From the NCBI GenBank assembly GCA_002269645.1, contig NIVC01001740.1:62001-126000 (forward strand): 64,000 nucleotides of DNA, written 5' to 3'. A model generated the notes under the pieces. The model made no database searches and was not told the DNA's origin. It saw only the letters and a program-made list of their open reading frames with translations. Positions 12,801 to 27,127 of the stretch are shown here, piece after piece. The stretch is from Macrostomum lignano (Eukaryota). A program made the translations under genes and the position numbers. Numbering within the stretch: position 1 is the stretch's first letter; every line of letters begins with the position of its first letter.

Positions 12801-15800
12801 CTGTCTGGGGATGCTTGCTGTCTGGGGATGCTTGCTGTCTGGGGATGCTTGCTGTCTGGGGATGCTTGCTGTCTGGGGATGCTTGCTGTCTGGGGATGCT
12901 TGCTGTCTGGGGATGCTTGCTGTCTGGGGATGCTTGCTGTCTGGGGATGCTTGCTGTCTGGGGATGCTTGCTGTCTGGGGATGCTTGCTGTCTGGGGATG
13001 CTTGCTGTCTTGGGGATGCTTGCTGTCTTGGGGATGCTTGCTGTCTGGGGATGCTTGCTGTCTGGGGATGCTTGCTGTCTGGGGATGCTTGCTGTCTGGG
13101 GATGCTTGCTGTCTGGGGATGCTTGCTGTCTGGGGATGCTTGCTGTCTGGGGATGCTTGCTGTCTGGGGATGCTTGCTGTCTGGGGATGCTTGCTGTCTG
13201 GGGATGCTTGCTGTCTGGGGATGCTTGCTGTCTGGGGATGCTTGCTGTCTGGGGATGCTTGCTGTCTGGGGATGCTTGCTGTCTGGGGATGCTTGCTGTC
13301 TTGGGGATGCTTGCTGTCTGGGGATGCTTGCTGTCTGGGGATGCTTGCTGTCTGGGGATGCTTGCTGTCTGGGGATGCTTGCTGTCTGGGGATGCTTGCT
13401 GTCTGGGGATGCTTGCTGTCTGGGGATGCTTGCTGTCTGGGGATGCTTGCTGTCTGGGGATGCTTGCTGTCTGGGGATGCTTGCTGTCTGGGGATGCTTG
13501 CTGTCTGGGGATGCTTGCTGTCTGGGGATGCTTGCTGTCTGGGGATGCTTGCTGTCTGGGGATGCTTGCTGTCTGGGGATGCTTGCTGTCTGGGGATGCT
13601 TGCTGTCTGGGGATGCTTGCTGTCTGGGGATGCTTGCTGTCTGGGGATGCTTGCTGTCTGGGGATGCTTGCTGTCTGGGGATGCTTGCTGTCTGGGGATG
13701 CTTGCTGTCTGGGGGATGCTTGCTGTCTGGGGATGCTTGCTGTCTGGGGGATGCTTGCTGTCTGGGGATGCTTGCTGTCTGGGGATGCTTGCTGTCTGGG
13801 GATGCTTGCTGTCTGGGGATGCTTGCTGTCTGGGGATGCTTGCTGTCTGGGGATGCTTGCTGTCTGGGGATGCTTGCTGTCTGGGGATGCTTGCTGTCTG
13901 GGGATGCTTGCTGTCTTGGGGATGCTTGCTGTCTGGGGATGCTTGCTGTCTGGGGATGCTTGCTGTCTGGGGATGCTTGCTGTCTGGGGATGCTTGCTGT
14001 CTGGGGATGCTTGCTGTCTGGGGATGCTTGCTGTCTTGGGGATGCTTGCTGTCTGGGGATGCTTGCTGTCTTGGGGATGCTTGCTGTCTGGGGATGCTTG
14101 CTGTCTGGGGATGCTTGCTGTCTGGGGATGCTTGCTGTCTTGGGGATGCTTGCTGTCTGGGGATGCTTGCTGTCTGGGGATGCTTGCTGTCTGGGGATGC
14201 TTGCTGTCTTGGGGATGCTTGCTGTCTGGGGATGCTTGCTGTCTGGGGATGCTTGCTGTCTGGGGATGCTTGCTGTCTGGGGATGCTTGCTGTCTTGGGG
14301 ATGCTTGCTGTCTGGGGATGCTTGCTGTCTGGGGATGCTTGCTGTCTGGGGATGCTTGCTGTCTGGGGATGCTTGCTGTCTGGGGATGCTTGCTGTCTGG
14401 GGATGCTTGCTGTCTGGGGATGCTTGCTGTCTGGGGATGCTTGCTGTCTGGGGATGCTTGCTGTCTGGGGATGCTTGCTGTCTGGGGATGCTTGCTGTCT
14501 GGGGATGCTTGCTGTCTGGGGATGCTTGCTGTCTGGGGATGCTTGCTGTCTGGGGATGCTTGCTGTCTGGGGATGCTTGCTGTCTGGGGATGCTTGCTGT
14601 CTGGGGATGCTTGCTGTCTGGGGATGCTTGCTGTCTGGGGATGCTTGCTGTCTGGGGATGCTTGCTGTCTGGGGATGCTTGCTGTCTGGGGATGCTTGCT
14701 GTCTGGGGATGCTTGCTGTCTGGGGATGCTTGCTGTCTGGGGATGCTTGCTGTCTGGGGATGCTTGCTGTCTGGGGATGCTTGCTGTCTGGGGATGCTTG
14801 CTGTCTGGGGATGCTTGCTGTCTGGGGATGCTTGCTGTCTGGGGATGCTTGCTGTCTGGGGATGCTTGCTGTCTGGGGATGCTTGCTGTCTGGGGATGCT
14901 TGCTGTCTGGGGATGCTTGCTGTCTGGGGATGCTTGCTGTCTGGGGATGCTTGCTGTCTGGGGATGCTTGCTGTCTGGGGATGCTTGCTGTCTGGGGATG
15001 CTTGCTGTCTGGGGATGCTTGCTGTCTGGGGATGCTTGCTGTCTGGGGATGCTTGCTGTCTGGGGATGCTTGCTGTCTGGGGATGCTTGCTGTCTGGGGA
15101 TGCTTGCTGTCTGGGGATGCTTGCTGTCTGGGGATGCTTGCTGTCTGGGGATGCTTGCTGTCTGGGGATGCTTGCTGTCTGGGGATGCTTGCTGTCTGGG
15201 GATGCTTGCTGTCTGGGGATGCTTGCTGTCTGGGGATGCTTGCTGTCTGGGGATGCTTGCTGTCTGGGGATGCTTGCTGTCTGGGGATGCTTGCTGTCTG
15301 GGGATGCTTGCTGTCTGGGGATGCTTGCTGTCTGGGGATGCTTGCTGTCTGGGGATGCTTGCTGTCTGGGGATGCTTGCTGTCTGGGGATGCTTGCTGTC
15401 TGGGGATGCTTGCTGTCTGGGGATGCTTGCTGTCTGGGGATGCTTGCTGTCTGGGGATGCTTGCTGTCTGGGGATGCTTGCTGTCTGGGGATGCTTGCTG
15501 TCTGGGGATGCTTGCTGTCTGGGGATGCTTGCTGTCTGGGGATGCTTGCTGTCTGGGGATGCTTGCTGTCTGGGGATGCTTGCTGTCTGGGGATGCTTGC
15601 TGTCTGGGGATGCTTGCTGTCTGGGGATGCTTGCTGTCTGGGGATGCTTGCTGTCTTGGGGATGCTTGCTGTCTGGGGATGCTTGCTGTCTGGGGATGCT
15701 TGCTGTCTGGGGATGCTTGCTGTCTGGGGATGCTTGCTGTCTGGGGATGCTTGCTGTCTGGGGATGCTTGCTGTCTGGGGATGCTTGCTGTCTGGGGATG

Positions 15801-18800
15801 CTTGCTGTCTGGGGATGCTTGCTGTCTGGGGATGCTTGCTGTCTGGGGATGCTTGCTGTCTGGGGATGCTTGCTGTCTGGGGATGCTTGCTGTCTGGGGA
15901 TGCTTGCTGTCTTGGGGATGCTTGCTGTCTGGGGATGCTTGCTGTCTGGGGATGCTTGCTGTCTGGGGATGCTTGCTGTCTGGGGATGCTTGCTGTCTGG
16001 GGATGCTTGCTGTCTGGGGATGCTTGCTGTCTGGGGATGCTTGCTGTCTGGGGATGCTTGCTGTCTGGGGATGCTTGCTGTCTGGGGATGCTTGCTGTCT
16101 GGGGATGCTTGCTGTCTGGGGGATGCTTGCTGTCTGGGGATGCTTGCTGTCTGGGGATGCTTGCTGTCTTGGGGATGCTTGCTGTCTGGGGATGCTTGCT
16201 GTCTGGGGATGCTTGCTGTCTGGGGATGCTTGCTGTCTTGGGGATGCTTGCTGTCTTGGGGATGCTTGCTGTCTGGGGATGCTTGCTGTCTGGGGATGCT
16301 TGCTGTCTGGGGATGCTTGCTGTCTTGGGGATGCTTGCTGTCTTGGGGATGCTTGCTGTCTGGGGGATGCTTGCTGTCTGGGGATGCTTGCTGTCTGGGG
16401 ATGCTTGCTGTCTGGGGATGCTTGCTGTCTGGGGATGCTTGCTGTCTGGGGATGCTTGCTGTCTGGGGATGCTTGCTGTCTGGGGATGCTTGCTGTCTGG
16501 GGATGCTTGCTGTCTTGGGGATGCTTGCTGTCTGGGGATGCTTGCTGTCTGGGGATGCTTGCTGTCTGGGGATGCTTGCTGTCTGGGGATGCTTGCTGTC
16601 TGGGGATGCTTGCTGTCTGGGGATGCTTGCTGTCTGGGGATGCTTGCTGCTCTGTCTGGGGATGCTTGCTGTCTGGGGATGCTTGCTGTCTGGGGATGCT
16701 TGCTGTCTTGGGGATGCTTGCTGTCTGGGGATGCTTGCTGTCTGGGGATGCTTGCTGTCTGGGGATGCTTGCTGTCTGGGGATGCTTGCTGTCTGGGGAT
16801 GCTTGCTGTCTGGGGATGCTTGCTGTCTGGGGATGCTTGCTGTCTGGGGATGCTTGCTGTCTGGGGATGCTTGCTGTCTGGGGATGCTTGCTGTCTGGGG
16901 ATGCTTGCTGTCTGGGGATGCTTGCTGTCTGGGGATGCTTGCTGTCTGGGGATGCTTGCTGTCTGGGGATGCTTGCTGTCTGGGGATGCTTGCTGTCTGG
17001 GGATGCTTGCTGTCTGGGGATGCTTGCTGTCTGGGGATGCTTGCTGTCTGGGGATGCTTGCTGTCTGGGGATGCTTGCTGTCTGGGGATGCTTGCTGTCT
17101 TGGGGATGCTTGCTGTCTGGGGATGCTTGCTGTCTGGGGATGCTTGCTGTCTGGGGATGCTTGCTGTCTGGGGATGCTTGCTGTCTGGGGATGCTTGCTG
17201 TCTGGGGGATGCTTGCTGTCTGGGGATGCTTGCTGTCTGGGGATGCTTGCTGTCTGGGGGATGCTTGCTGTCTGGGGATGCTTGCTGTCTGGGGATGCTT
17301 GCTGTCTGGGGATGCTTGCTGTCTGGGGATGCTTGCTGTCTGGGGATGCTTGCTGTCTGGGGATGCTTGCTGTCTGGGGATGCTTGCTGTCTGGGGATGC
17401 TTGCTGTCTGGGGATGCTTGCTGTCTGGGGATGCTTGCTGTCTGGGGATGCTTGCTGTCTGGGGATGCTTGCTGTCTGGGGATGCTTGCTGTCTGGGGAT
17501 GCTTGCTGTCTGGGGATGCTTGCTGTCTGGGGATGCTTGCTGTCTGGGGATGCTTGCTGTCTGGGGATGCTTGCTGTCTGGGGATGCTTGCTGTCTGGGG
17601 ATGCTTGCTGTCTGGGGATGCTTGCTGTCTGGGGATGCTTGCTGTCTGGGGATGCTTGCTGTCTGGGGATGCTTGCTGTCTGGGGATGCTTGCTGTCTGG
17701 GGATGCTTGCTGTCTGGGGATGCTTGCTGTCTGGGGATGCTTGCTGTCTGGGGATGCTTGCTGTCTGGGGATGCTTGCTGTCTGGGGATGCTTGCTGTCT
17801 GGGGATGCTTGCTGTCTGGGGGATGCTTGCTGTCTGGGGATGCTTGCTGTCTGGGGGATGCTTGCTGTCTTGGGGATGCTTGCTGTCTGGGGATGCTTGC
17901 TGTCTGGGGATGCTTGCTGTCTGGGGATGCTTGCTGTCTTGGGGATGCTTGCTGTCTGGGGATGCTTGCTGTCTTGGGGATGCTTGCTGTCTGGGGATGC
18001 TTGCTGTCTTGGGGATGCTTGCTGTCTGGGGATGCTTGCTGTCTGGGGATGCTTGCTGTCTGGGGATGCTTGCTGTCTGGGGATGCTTGCTGTCTGGGGA
18101 TGCTTGCTGTCTGGGGATGCTTGCTGTCTGGGGATGCTTGCTGTCTGGGGGATGCTTGCTGTCTGGGGATGCTTGCTGTCTGGGGATGCTTGCTGTCTGG
18201 GGATGCTTGCTGTCTGGGGATGCTTGCTGTCTGGGGATGCTTGCTGTCTGGGGATGCTTGCTGTCTGGGGATGCTTGCTGTCTGGGGATGCTTGCTGTCT
18301 GGGGATGCTTGCTGTCTGGGGATGCTTGCTGTCTGGGGATGCTTGCTGTCTGGGGATGCTTGCTGTCTGGGGATGCTTGCTGTCTGGGGATGCTTGCTGT
18401 CTGGGGATGCTTGCTGTCTGGGGATGCTTGCTGTCTGGGGATGCTTGCTGTCTGGGGATGCTTGCTGTCTGGGGATGCTTGCTGTCTGGGGATGCTTGCT
18501 GTCTGGGGATGCTTGCTGTCTGGGGATGCTTGCTGTCTGGGGATGCTTGCTGTCTGGGGATGCTTGCTGTCTGGGGGATGCTTGCTGTCTGGGGATGCTT
18601 GCTGTCTGGGGGATGCTTGCTGTCTGGGGATGCTTGCTGTCTGGGGATGCTTGCTGTCTGGGGATGCTTGCTGTCTGGGGGATGCTTGCTGTCTGGGGAT
18701 GCTTGCTGTCTGGGGATGCTTGCTGTCTGGGGATGCTTGCTGTCTGGGGATGCTTGCTGTCTGGGGATGCTTGCTGTCTGGGGATGCTTGCTGTCTGGGG

Positions 18801-20450
18801 ATGCTTGCTGTCTGGGGATGCTTGCTGTCTGGGGATGCTTGCTGTCTGGGGATGCTTGCTGTCTGGGGATGCTTGCTGTCTGGGGATGCTTGCTGTCTGG
18901 GGATGCTTGCTGTCTGGGGATGCTTGCTGTCTGGGGATGCTTGCTGTCTGGGGATGCTTGCTGTCTGGGGATGCTTGCTGTCTGGGGATGCTTGCTGCTG
19001 CTTGCTGTCTGGGGATGCTTGCTGTCTGGGGATGCTTGCTGTCTGGGGATGCTTGCTGTCTGGGGATGCTTGCTGTCTGGGGATGCTTGCTGTCTGGGGA
19101 TGCTTGCTGTCTGGGGATGCTTGCTGTCTGGGGATGCTTGCTGTCTGGGGATGCTTGCTGTCTGGGGATGCTTGCTGTCTGGGGATGCTTGCTGTCTGGG
19201 GGATGCTTGCTATCTGGGGATGCTTGCTGTCTGGGGATGCTTGCTGTCTGGGGATGCTTGCTGTCTGGGGATGCTTGCTGTCTGGGGATGCTTGCTGTCT
19301 GGGGATGCTTGCTGTCTGGGGGATGCTTGCTGTCTGGGGATGCTTGCTGTCTGGGGATGCTTGCTGTCTGGGGATGCTTGCTGTCTGGGGATGCTTGCTG
19401 TCTGGGGATGCTTGCTGTCTGGGGATGCTTGCTGTCTGGGGATGCTTGCTGTCTGGGGATGCTTGCTGTCTGGGGATGCTTGCTGTCTGGGGGATGCTTG
19501 CTGTCTGGGGATGCTTGCTGTCTGGGGATGCTTGCTGTCTGGGGATGCTTGCTGTCTGGGGGATGCTTGCTGTGGGGATGCTTGCTGTCTGGGGATGCTT
19601 GCTGTCTGGGGATGCTTGCTGTCTGGGGATGCTTGCTGTCTGGGGATGCTTGCTGTCTGGGGATGCTTGCTGTCTGGGGATGCTTGCTGTCTGGGGGATG
19701 CTTGCTGCTGTCTGGGGGATGCTTGCTTGCTGTCTGGGGAATGCTTGCTATCTGGGGATGCTTGCTGTCTGGGGATGCTTGCTATCTGGGGATGCTTGCT
19801 GTCTGGGGGATGCTTGCTGTCTGGGGATGCTTGCTATGCTGCTTGCTGTCTGGGGATGCTTGCTATGGGCTGCTTGCTGTCTGGGGATGCTTGCTGTCTG
19901 GGGGATGCTTGCTGTCTGGGCGATGCTTGCTGTCTGGGCGATGCTTGCTGTCTGGGCGATTCTTGCTGTCTGGGGGATGCTTGCTTGCTGTCTGGGGGAT
20001 GCTTGCTTGCTGTCTGGGGGATGCTTGCTTGCTGTCTGGGGAATGCTTGCTATCTGGGGAATGCTTGCTATGGGCTGCTTGCTGTCTGGGGGATGCTTGC
20101 TATGGGCTGCTTGCTATCTGGGGGATGCTTGCTGTCTGGGGGATGCTTGCTGTCTGGGCGATGCTTGCTGTCTGGGCGATGCTTGCTGTCTGGGCGATGC
20201 TTGCTGTCTGGGGGATGCTTGCTGTCTGGGGGATGCTTGCTGTCTGGGGGATGCTTGCTGTCTGGGGGATGCTTGCTGTCTGGGGGATGCTTGCTGTCTG
20301 GGGGATGCTTGCTGTCTGGGGGATGCTTGCTGTCTGGGCGATGCTTGCTGTCTGGTGGATGCTTGCTGTCTGGGCGATGCTTGCTGTCTGTGGGATTCTT
20401 GCTGTCTGGGGGATTCTTGCTGTCTGGGGGATGCTTGCTGATGCTTGCTG
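3862..20450 (+). repeat. 16.6-kb satellite, 17-bp consensus GGGGATGCTTGCTGTCT with 18-bp variants (roughly 950 copies)
   Basis: Direct reading. Variants differ almost only at the T/G junction (TCT-GGGG, TCTT-GGGG, TCT-GGGGG, TCT-GTGGG). The unit has no stop codon, which explains the three ~5500-aa ORFs. Confidence 0.99.
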
Positions 20451-21324
20451 GCGTAGATTGCTAAGATTTCAAAGCTGACTGGGCTTGGCCAACTACTGAA
20501 ATCTTTTAAGAATTTTGTAAGATTCATATTTACAAATGATGCTGCAAGATCTATATATCAAGAAGTTTCCAAGGATTTATAGCTATCTTACAAGCTAAAG
20601 GACCTACAGAAGTAAAATAGTAGTCAGGGTAATTCAGAAGAGCTAATTAAATTATAAGTGTCAGGATTTTCAGTTAATTTAGTCCAATTCAGAATTTATT
20701 GTTAACCGCTGGGGTCTTCCTAATACATTTTTTACAGCAATGTGCACGCGCAATCCGGAAAAAATCGCACGCATTTCATGACAATCGATCGACGTTCCCA
20801 TTCGTAGCAGCTACCAAAGCCTCGCTGATGTCACAAACATAAAAGCAGCGCCCGCTTCAATTGCGTCTGCTAAAATTACAGTCGATTTTGAGAGAAAAGT
20901 GGTAATTTTATCGTTTTAATCATGGAAGTTTAGCCGACACTTCATGCAGGGGCCTATGCTAAATTATAAATAAGGCTAGGATTTAATGCTTAATTAATTG
21001 CTGCCCTGTTATGTAAGGTCATAGAAGTCAAACCATATAAACGTCGAAGAGGAAGCTGGATGACCAGTGGAAATTAGCTGCATTAACAGGGTTGTGATGC
21101 AGCGAAGCACTTCAGCTGTAATGAGATGGTCGTAGTAAATGTTATGCAGATGAAGATTAGGAAGGTTCTGGCATATCTCTGGCATATTTAAAAGACAGAC
21201 AGCTGTCTATGCAGCGTTGTCTGAAGCCAAGTACTTGTATGAGTATTCGAGCACTTTGCTGTTCCCTGAAATACGAGTACATTGTACATTTGTACACAAA
21301 GGTTTGTATACACGTACAATGGCG

Positions 21325-21890
21325 TGGGTGCTGTGGGTGTTGCTGAGGTGTTGTGGGATGTTGCTGAGGTGTTGTGGGTTTTGCTGAGGTGTTGTGGGTG
21401 TTGTTGAGGTGTTGTGGGTGTTGCTGAGGTGTTGTGGGTTTTGCTGAGGTGTTGTGGGTGTTGTTGAGGTGTTGTGGGTGTTGCTGAGGTGATGTGGGTG
21501 TTGCTGAGGTGCTGTGGGTGTTGCTGAGGTGCTGTGGGTGTTGCTGAGGTGTTGTGGGTGTTGTTGAGGTGTTGTGGGTGTTGCTGAGGTGCTGTGGGTG
21601 TTGCTGAGGTGCTGTGGGTGTTGCTGAGGTGCTGTGGGTGTTGCTGAGGTGCTGTGGGGTGTTGTTGAGGTGTTGTGGGTGTTGTTGAGGTGTTGTGGGT
21701 GTTTCTGAGGTGTTGTGGGTGTTGCTGAGGTGTTGTGGATGTTGCAGTGGTGCTGTGGGTGTTGTTGAGGTGTTGTGGGGTGTTGTTGTGGTGCTGTGGG
21801 TGTTGCTGAGGTGCTGTGGGTGTTACTGAGGTGTTGTGGGTATTACTGAGGTTTTGTGGGTGTTGCTGAGGTGTTGTGGGTGTTGATGAG
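21325..21890 (+). repeat. 20-bp minisatellite (GTGTTGCTGAGGTGYTGTGG)n, ~28 copies
   Basis: Direct reading; GT-rich strand. Confidence 0.95.
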
Positions 21891-22408
21891 GCACTGTAGA
21901 TGAGCTGTGCAGTTTTCGAGCCCATTTTCATTTGACCAAATATGGAATGCCAACAGTGAATAAACAGACCTGTTGGCAACAGTAAACAGTAACAGCCCAA
22001 AAAACGGAAACTCGATTACAACGACACAGAATACGAAAGCGAGGGCCATCGATTTGACTTTTGCAGAAGGGCCGGCAGTCAAAAGAAAGATTAATTAACG
22101 GCAGGTGTCTGCAGCGATTTGCAGCTTCACTGAGACAAATGCGCATAGGGGCTGGGCAAGAATGGGAAAAATTTCCATTTACTTTGGCCGGCCCCCGCAG
22201 CGGAGGCAGGTCGAGATTTGGGAAATATTTACCTGGGGAGATGAATTTCCACTGTTTTTTCTTTCCCGACTTGCTCACTCTGCATAACTGCGTGAGCAAA
22301 CCGGCTTGCAATGCAGTGCGGAAGTAAGTGAAATGGGCCTGCACTGCTTCTATCCGTCTATCTACCTGAGTGATCTTACTACTTACCTACATACCTACCT
22401 ACCCACCT

Positions 22409-22804
<396 letters not shown>

Positions 22805-22860
22805 CATCTAATCTAATCAAATTTAATCTAATCTAATCTAGGCTAAGCGAATTTAATATT

Positions 22861-23485
<625 letters not shown>

Positions 23486-24062
23486 CATCCTCTATCTATT
23501 GCAGTAAAGCGCCTATCGCCTTTTTTACCTATCTTGTAATTGTTTTGTTTCTAGGAAAGCGTCGTCTATCGCAGTCCTCCAATCTGGCCAACAAGGATAT
23601 CAGAGGCGCCCCTGGATCAGTAAGCAGCTCAGCGCCATCTGGGGAAGCGCATAAGCAAGGGAGTCAAGTGGCACAAAAGGCGATCCCACAGAATGAAACA
23701 CCATTGACAGCATTTAAGATTTTGTCTCCTTTCTGCTTCGTCTCTTTTAAATCAATTTTCTTTTATTTTTTTGCTTTTTGGATATTCGAAAAGCTTTGAG
23801 AAATGATTAATAAAGATTTATCTTAATAGCGTCGATTGTAGATTAAGCTTGAAATCCTCTGCAGATGCAATAACCGAAATTTTGCAGCTCTTCAAAAGAA
23901 TTTTTTTGGACGAGGCTGCCAGTCCTTAAACTGAATTCCGAAATATTTTATGCGCCGGATTTGAGTGATGCAGTCTGCAGAACAGAAAAATTCATGCCTC
24001 ATCAATAAGTGGCGCAGGAGCTCAATTTTTGGCTCATCTTGGACGTTTAACTCACGGGCCCA

Positions 24063-25095
24063 ACAGACAGGGGCGCCCACCCAAGAGACAGGGGCGCCCA
24101 CCCAAGAGACAGGGGCGCCCACCCAAGAGACAGGGGCGCCCACCAAGAGACAGGGGCGCCCACCCAAGAGACAGGGGCGCCCACCCAAGAGACAGGAGTG
24201 CCCACCAAGAGACAGGGTCACCCACCCAAAAGACAGGGGCGCCCACAAAAAGACAGGGGCGCCCACCAAGAGACAGGGGCGCCCACCAAGAGACAGGGGC
24301 GCCCACCAAGAGACAGGGGCGCCCACCAAGAGACAGGGGCGCCCACCAAGAGACAGGGGTGCCCACCAAGAGACAGGGGCGCCCACCAAGAGACAGGGGC
24401 GCCCACAAAAAGACAGGGGCGCCCACCAAAAGACAGGGGCGCCCACCCAAGAGACAGGGGCGCCCACCAAGAGACAGGGGCGCCCACCAAGAGACAGGGG
24501 CGCCCACCAAGAGACAGGGGCGCCCACCAAGAGACAGGGGTGCCCACCAAGAGACAGGGGCGCCCACCAAGAGACAGGGGCGCCCAAAAAAAGACAGGGG
24601 CGCCCACAAAGAGACAGGGGCGCCCACAAAGAGACAGGGGCGCCCACAAAAAGACAGGGGCGCCCACCAAAAGACAGGGGCGCCCACCCAAGAGACAGGG
24701 GCGCCCACCAAGAGACAGGGGCACCCACAAAAAGACAGGGGCGCCCACCAAAAGACAGGGGCGCCCACCCAAGAGACAGGGGCGCCCACCAAGAGACAGG
24801 GGCGCCCACCAAGAGACAGGGGCGCCCACCAAGAGACAGGGGCGCCCACAAAGAGACAGGGGCGCCCACCATGAGACAGGGGCGCCCACCAAGAGACAGG
24901 GGCGCCCACCAAGAGACAGGGGCGCCCACCAAGAGACAGGGGCGCCCACAAAAAGACAGGGGCGCCCACCATGAGACAGGGGCGCCCACCATGAGACAGG
25001 GGCGCCCACAAAAAGACAGGGGCGCCCACCAAGAGACAGGGGCGCCCACAAAAAGACAAGGTCGCCCACCCAGGAGACAGGGGCGCTCACCAAGA
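24063..25095 (+). repeat. 20/21-bp minisatellite (AAGAGACAGGGGCGCCCACC)n, ~50 copies
   Basis: Direct reading. The overlapping ORFs here are translations of the repeat. Confidence 0.97.
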
Positions 25096-26257
25096 CAGCA
25101 AATATCGATCCCCTATAAGGTTGCTGAAAATATCTGTGCTCGGCAGTGCCTTCAATGCATTTTGAAAAGAAAACCAGTGTCCTTCAAATAAATTTCCATA
25201 TTTTGAAGTGTTGAATACTTCCACTACCATTCAAGTGCAGCTTGGATCTTCCAAATTGTGACCTTTGAAACATTTTCTAAGTGAAGGGACAAATTCTAAG
25301 TTGCACTCTTAGTCATCCCTGCTGCTTCGAGGACGCATATAAAGATTAATACTGCAGAGATATTTTAATGTCTGTCTGACTGTCTTTGAATTATTTTTTC
25401 ATCAGTAAATTTCTGCTAAATCATTAGCAGATTCTTAGTCTGATTTGCTTCATTTTCAATTTCCATCAGGAAATATAACGCAATTCCACTTCCAGAAATT
25501 ATAGAAAGAATTTTGTGCTCAATAAAATATTCAGCCAGTCATGCAGTCAAGAAAATGTTACCATGGCTTTGTGTGGCTCGCAAATTAATTAATTTATCAA
25601 ATTACAAGGTAGCTCGGGGCTGTCCTGCAGAAGACGCGCACAATACAGCATGGGACAAAAGCAATGGCTATTAAGACTAGACTGGACAACTGAGAGGGCA
25701 GGTGCCAAACAATACACAGTCAGATGCCGAGAGTGTCACGTGAAAATTCAATAATATAAGTCATATTGGGCAGCATGTACGGAGGTCAATTCAAAAGTAG
25801 CTACAGTGCATTGCAACTAGCTTTTTGGTGTTACTGACAGTGTCGAAAAAGGAATGCAGAACGCTATGGACGCTGTTGCCTGCAATGTAGAAATACTGGA
25901 AACCATAACATAAATCTCGTTCCCATCAAAAGAGCGAGAGGTTAATCCTCTCGCCCCACAGGCAACAAAATCTCGACTTTGATTTGTTAAGCTTGAGTGC
26001 GACAGTGGATTAAGCAGAGCGCATCATTATTCTTAATCCCAGATTTTATATGCCTGACAAAGAAAAGACAGAGGCAGCGAGGATGTTAGGATTGGAAAGA
26101 ATGATTTGGCTGAAGGGACTGCTTAATAACCAAGGGGCTGCAGTGCGAGTGCGGCGAATACTCGTAGCTCTGCTGTTTAACTAATAAAAGTACTTCCGAG
26201 TGGTTGACATTAACTTGCAACTTTAATGCCAATTAGACCGCTAAGTTCAATATCTGA

Positions 26258-26278
26258 GTCTGTCTGTCTGTCTGTCTA

Positions 26279-26377
<99 letters not shown>

Positions 26378-26390
26378 GTCTCTCTGTCTT

Positions 26391-26469
<79 letters not shown>

Positions 26470-26480
26470 TTCTGTCTGTC
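26258..26480. repeat. (GTCT)n microsatellite
   Basis: Direct reading. Confidence 0.98.
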
Positions 26481-26544
26481 CGCGCATCTCTATAAGAGAG
26501 TCTATTTTCTCCCAGCCAGAGCTTAAATAACTATTTTTTTATCT

Positions 26545-26830
26545 TGCTCATCAGCTCAAGTTGGGTTACAATTTCTTCAATTTATACCAAAGCCTCAACC
26601 AGTTTTGCTACTCAACTTTCTCAATTTGCTTGTGACTTGAGCTCTCTGGTTGCCCGGCTCAACTAAAAAGAGCAAAGCTGACTTGCAGTGAATGAAAATG
26701 GACCCGATGTCTGTGTCTCTCTTATCTGCTGCATCCAAGTCTACAGGGACATGACAGTTATTTTACAGGTCCTCAAATTGCAATCCTCAAGTTAGCAAAT
26801 AGATAAACTTCTTGTTTGTGGTCAGAAGTC
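26545..26830 (-). pseudogene. Possible decayed Penelope-type GIY-YIG endonuclease C-terminal fragment
   Basis: Minus-strand translations TTNKKFIYLLT*GLQF and IEKVE*QNWLRLWYKLKKL*PNLS resemble the PLE endonuclease motifs (VIYLLTC..GLQY; IEKV...WIYKLxTLxPxGLN). In-frame stops are present; similarity judged by eye. Confidence 0.35.
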
Positions 26831-27127
26831 AGCTCGGAATGGGCAGAATTGTTGTCAGCGCTGTCTGTGGGACCATGTCGCCGAAGAGTGCCCTCAGATT
26901 TCTAAATCTGAGAATTCTTCCCAATTCTCAGGGAAGAAGTGTTCAGTCTCTTCTACGTAGTTATACGAGTACAATGACCTAGAACAGCTGTCTTTGACGA
27001 CTATTTTTTCAGTTTGAAAAAAAAACACGGCCTTGAACTTTTTCTTTACATAGCGATGCGTCATATGCAAAACTGTGCTGCAAGTTCGCAAAATAATTTA
27101 CTGTGCATAAAACACTCGCATGGAACA

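Noticed and set aside
3862-20450. Telomeric repeat array
   Set aside because: It is G-rich, but the monomer is unrelated to TTAGGG-type repeats, and the array is internal with unique sequence on both sides.
3815-20478. Three ~5500-aa ORFs (GDACCL/GMLAVW/GCLLS repeats)
   Set aside because: All three frames are open only because the 17/18-bp monomer lacks stop codons. Single-base indels cycle the frames freely, which is incompatible with selection on a protein.
22225-22330. U1 snRNA-like 5' end (ATATTTACCTGGGGAGAT)
   Set aside because: The mismatch lies in the splice-site-pairing region, and no U1 stem-loops or Sm site at the correct spacing could be traced.
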